Positions 22,334 through 24,000 of a stretch of 24,000 bases of DNA are shown piece by piece. The stretch spans positions 404 to 24,403 of the forward strand of contig JBEKKC010000053.1 of the NCBI GenBank assembly GCA_050010915.1, read 5' to 3'. The translations under genes and the position numbers were made by a program. The stretch comes from Tepidisphaeraceae bacterium. GTDB taxonomy: Bacteria > Planctomycetota > Phycisphaerae > Tepidisphaerales > Tepidisphaeraceae. Position 1 is the stretch's first letter; each line of letters begins with the position of its first letter. The notes under the pieces were generated by a model, which searched no databases, was not told the DNA's origin, and was given only the letters and a program-made list of their open reading frames with translations.

Positions 22334-22564
22334 ATGTTGCAAATGCAGCAGGTTGAAGAGTTGATGACGCTGGTTTCGAGCCTGGACAAGGCCACGTTGC
22401 TGCGGCAGTTCCACGAGTATCCCTCTTCGTTTCCCGTCGATTTCACGCCGGATTTCCTGGACCGCCAGCCGCTGGAGCGGCTGCGGCACCTGTTTGTGGC
22501 GGTCTGCCTGCAATCGCAGCGAATGCCCCACGGCCCGAGCAGCGGCCCGGCCGCGGCGGCGTGA
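22334..22564 (+). CDS. Hypothetical small protein (76 aa)
   Basis: A strong SD (GGGAGG, 22321-22326) lies 7 nt upstream of ATG 22334. GC3 is high. The product is MLQMQQVEELMTLVSSLDKATLLRQFHEYPSSFPVDFTPDFLDRQPLERLRHLFVAVCLQ, with no signal peptide or TM segment. I could not assign a family. Confidence 0.6.
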   Translation: MLQMQQVEELMTLVSSLDKATLLRQFHEYPSSFPVDFTPDFLDRQPLERLRHLFVAVCLQSQRMPHGPSSGPAAAA

Positions 22565-22649
22565 ACACACCCGTCCGATAAGCTGCCATCTCACGCGAAG
22601 CGCGCCATAACGCCGATGAATTTCCGGTCGGTTTCGTCGGAAAGTCGCT

Positions 22650-22928
22650 ATGTCCAAGCCCATCCCGCATTGCCCATTCCTGGATGGAGGCGACAAACGA
22701 TGTTCTAATTGTTTCCGGCTCGATCATCTGAAACACGCCTTCAAGTTCTGCTTCGGCAGATACAAGGCCTGCCCGACGTACCTGGAATTGCAGGTTGAAG
22801 GCCGGATGCGCGGAATTGAAAAAACGGCCCCTCATGCCGAACGCCGATTCGTTCAATGCTCGATCTCCGCTGGAAACGCGCGTCGCCGAGCCGCGCCTCC
22901 GCCAACTCCTGGGACATCTCGCGGCTGA
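22650..22928 (+). CDS. Hypothetical Cys-rich small protein (possible zinc-binding); the 3' end overlaps xerD out of frame
   Basis: The product begins MSKPIPHCPFLDGGDKRCSNCFRLDHLKHAFKFCFGRYKACPTYLELQ, with 5 Cys and 3 His in the first 45 residues. The first ~50 codons look coding, with moderate GC3. The last ~35 codons are Arg/Ala/Pro-rich and overlap xerD (22834 onward) in another frame. The SD is weak. Confidence 0.4.
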   Translation: MSKPIPHCPFLDGGDKRCSNCFRLDHLKHAFKFCFGRYKACPTYLELQVEGRMRGIEKTAPHAERRFVQCSISAGNARRRAAPPPTPGTSRG

Positions 22929-23766
22929 GCGCGGGCTGGCGGAAAATTCGCTGCACGCCTATCGCCGGGACCTGGAAAATCTCTCCGATTTTTTGTCCGA
23001 TCGAAACCGAAACCTGCAAACGGCGGACGAACGGGATTACCGGGAATATCTGCATGCCCAGAGCCGGGGAGGAAAATCCACGCGAACGGTCGCGCGGCGG
23101 CTGGCGGCGATCCGAGTCATGCTGCGGTTTTTCTCCGGCGACGACGGCAAATCGGCGAAGATCCTCCAGCAGCTCGACCGGCCCAAGCCGGAGCAATCAC
23201 TTCCGAGAATCCTGAGCCGGGCGCAGGTGAACCAATTGATCGCCGCGCCCAATCCAAAATCACCCCTGTACTTCCGCGACGTGGCAATCCTCGAACTGCT
23301 CTATGCCAGCGGGCTGCGGGCGAGCGAATTGTGCTCGGTGAAACTGAAAGATCTGAATCTCTCGGTCGGCGTCGTGCGCGTTCTGGGCAAGGGAGCGAAG
23401 GAACGGATCGTGCCGGTGGGTGGCGCGGCGTGCGGGGCGATCGAGCGGTATCTTTCCGAATGCCGGCCCAGCCTAGCCAGGAACGACGACGAGCACATGT
23501 TTTTGTCGCGGACCGGAAAGCCGTTGGATCGCATTTCGTTATGGATGCTGGTCGAGAAATACGGCCGGTCGAGCGGGATTCTGCGGGAAGTTTCACCGCA
23601 CACCCTGCGGCATTGCTTCGCAACGCACCTGATCGGCGGCGGAGCGGATTTACGCGTGGTACAGGAACTGCTCGGACACAGCGACATCAGCACGACGCAG
23701 ATTTATACGCACGTCGATCAGGACCGGTTAAAGGCGGTGCATCGGAAATTTCATCCAAGAGGATGA
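22834..23766 (+). CDS. xerD: Site-specific tyrosine recombinase XerD (XerC/XerD family)
   Basis: ORF track 22795..23766 has a TTG start; ATG 22834 (MPNADSF) is preferred. LAENSLHAYRRDLENL matches the XerD N-terminal domain. ELLYASGLRASEL carries the catalytic Arg. GKGAKERIVPV, SPHTLRHCFATHL (HxxR) and LLGHSDISTTQIYTHV (His and nucleophile Tyr) are also present. Collinear with E. coli XerD along its length. Confidence 0.9.
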   Translation: MPNADSFNARSPLETRVAEPRLRQLLGHLAAERGLAENSLHAYRRDLENLSDFLSDRNRNLQTADERDYREYLHAQSRGGKSTRTVARRLAAIRVMLRFFSGDDGKSAKILQQLDRPKPEQSLPRILSRAQVNQLIAAPNPKSPLYFRDVAILELLYASGLRASELCSVKLKDLNLSVGVVRVLGKGAKERIVPVGGAACGAIERYLSECRPSLARNDDEHMFLSRTGKPLDRISLWMLVEKYGRSSGILREVSPHTLRHCFATHLIGGGADLRVVQELLGHSDISTTQIYTHVDQDRLKAVHRKFHPRG

Positions 23767-23769
23767 GGG

Positions 23770-24000
23770 CTATCGCCGCGTGCGCTTGCGGCCATTCGAC
23801 GTCACTTCCAAGCCGGTAACCAAGAGCAAATCGACGATTTCAAAGGAGCCATCGTCGAGAAACACGATAGCCAAGCGATTCTTCGGGGAATAAGAGAGCA
23901 TTTCGGGGTGCATCACGGGGAGCTTCTGACCGTCACCCAGCCGAAGATAAAACGGTACAAACGGGCGAGCGGTGTGAACCTTATATAGCGCTTCGGTGGT
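23770..24000 (-). CDS. Hypothetical protein, C-terminal 76 aa only (the gene starts right of the window)
   Basis: This ORF is not in the track because no start lies in the window. I read the minus-strand frame by hand from 24000 down to the stop (cta at 23770-23772). The product is TTEALYKVHTARPFVPFYLRLGDGQKLPVMHPEMLSYSPKNRLAIVFLDDGSFEIVDLLLVTGLEVTSNGRKRTRR. Composition is protein-like and non-repetitive. It is convergent with xerD with a 3-nt gap. Confidence 0.45.
   Translation of the reverse strand, partial: TTEALYKVHTARPFVPFYLRLGDGQKLPVMHPEMLSYSPKNRLAIVFLDDGSFEIVDLLLVTGLEVTSNGRKRTRR

Noticed and set aside
22181-22856. Minus-strand ORFs 22181..22696 (171 aa) and 22443..22856 (137 aa), opposite the small-ORF trio.
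   Set aside because: Their translations are Arg/Ala/Pro-rich. The plus-strand ORFs have a better codon-position GC bias, and one of them has a strong SD.
22565-24000. A search for a dif-like XerCD recombination site, or integrase-associated att/inverted repeats, around xerD. This included the AT-rich ttatata motif near 23970-23985.
   Set aside because: No 28-bp dif-like imperfect palindrome was recognised. The ttatata motif lies inside a coding-looking partial ORF. The recombinase is collinear with housekeeping XerD and has no flanking mobile-element features.
1-24000. A window-wide scan for tRNA/rRNA genes, IS transposases, phage genes, toxin-antitoxin pairs or defence-system enzymes (nucleases, reverse transcriptases, large ATPases).
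   Set aside because: None was recognised. Every ORF longer than 250 aa is either assigned to housekeeping or envelope functions or is an antisense shadow. Small structured RNAs cannot be excluded by eye.

Overview
High-GC (about 60%+) bacterial chromosomal window. Gene content and the low-complexity hairpin repeats suggest a PVC/Planctomycetota-like organism, but that is inference only. No rRNA, tRNA, CRISPR array, IS element or prophage was recognised.

Layout:
- 1-9295 (+): a tightly packed glycan-assembly cluster. It holds the 3' end of a Wzt-type ABC ATPase, one GT-A-like unknown, three GT-B/GT4-like glycosyltransferases, one GT2 and one Wzy_C/O-antigen-ligase-like membrane protein. It runs straight into an oversized prepilin peptidase and a small LapA-like membrane protein.
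- 9380-11504 (+): hisH and a GH28 lipoprotein.
- 11523-15589 (-): DUF420, SCO1/SenC, ABC-2 permease, RluA-type pseudouridine synthase and a membrane-anchored alpha/beta hydrolase.
- 15766-20601 (+): a remodelled, truncated dcw-like cluster with rsmH, a LysM membrane protein, an FtsL-like protein and a class B PBP. It is interrupted by an oppositely oriented repeat-containing lipoprotein gene.
- 20622-21665 (-): queA.
- 21847-22928 (+): three small unknown ORFs.
- 22834-23766 (+): xerD.
- 23770-24000 (-): a partial ORF.

The most unusual signal is non-coding. Four intergenic elements lie at about 1533-1642, 9307-9362, 15630-15731 and 16661-16740. Each is a very long, near-perfect inverted repeat (the two longest have 30 bp and 44 bp arms). 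The arms are themselves built from 7-10 nt tandem units. Two of the elements share an exact 17-mer. They sit at gene boundaries, and one supplies the last codons and stop of rsmH.

Secondary candidates:
- possible pilin/protein O-glycosylation logic, from the Wzy_C-like protein and glycosyltransferases linked to the prepilin peptidase
- the small-ORF trio upstream of xerD, which includes a Cys-rich ORF overlapping xerD
- a His/Trp-repeat lipoprotein inserted in the dcw region

All functional calls rest on motif recognition by eye. No database search was possible.
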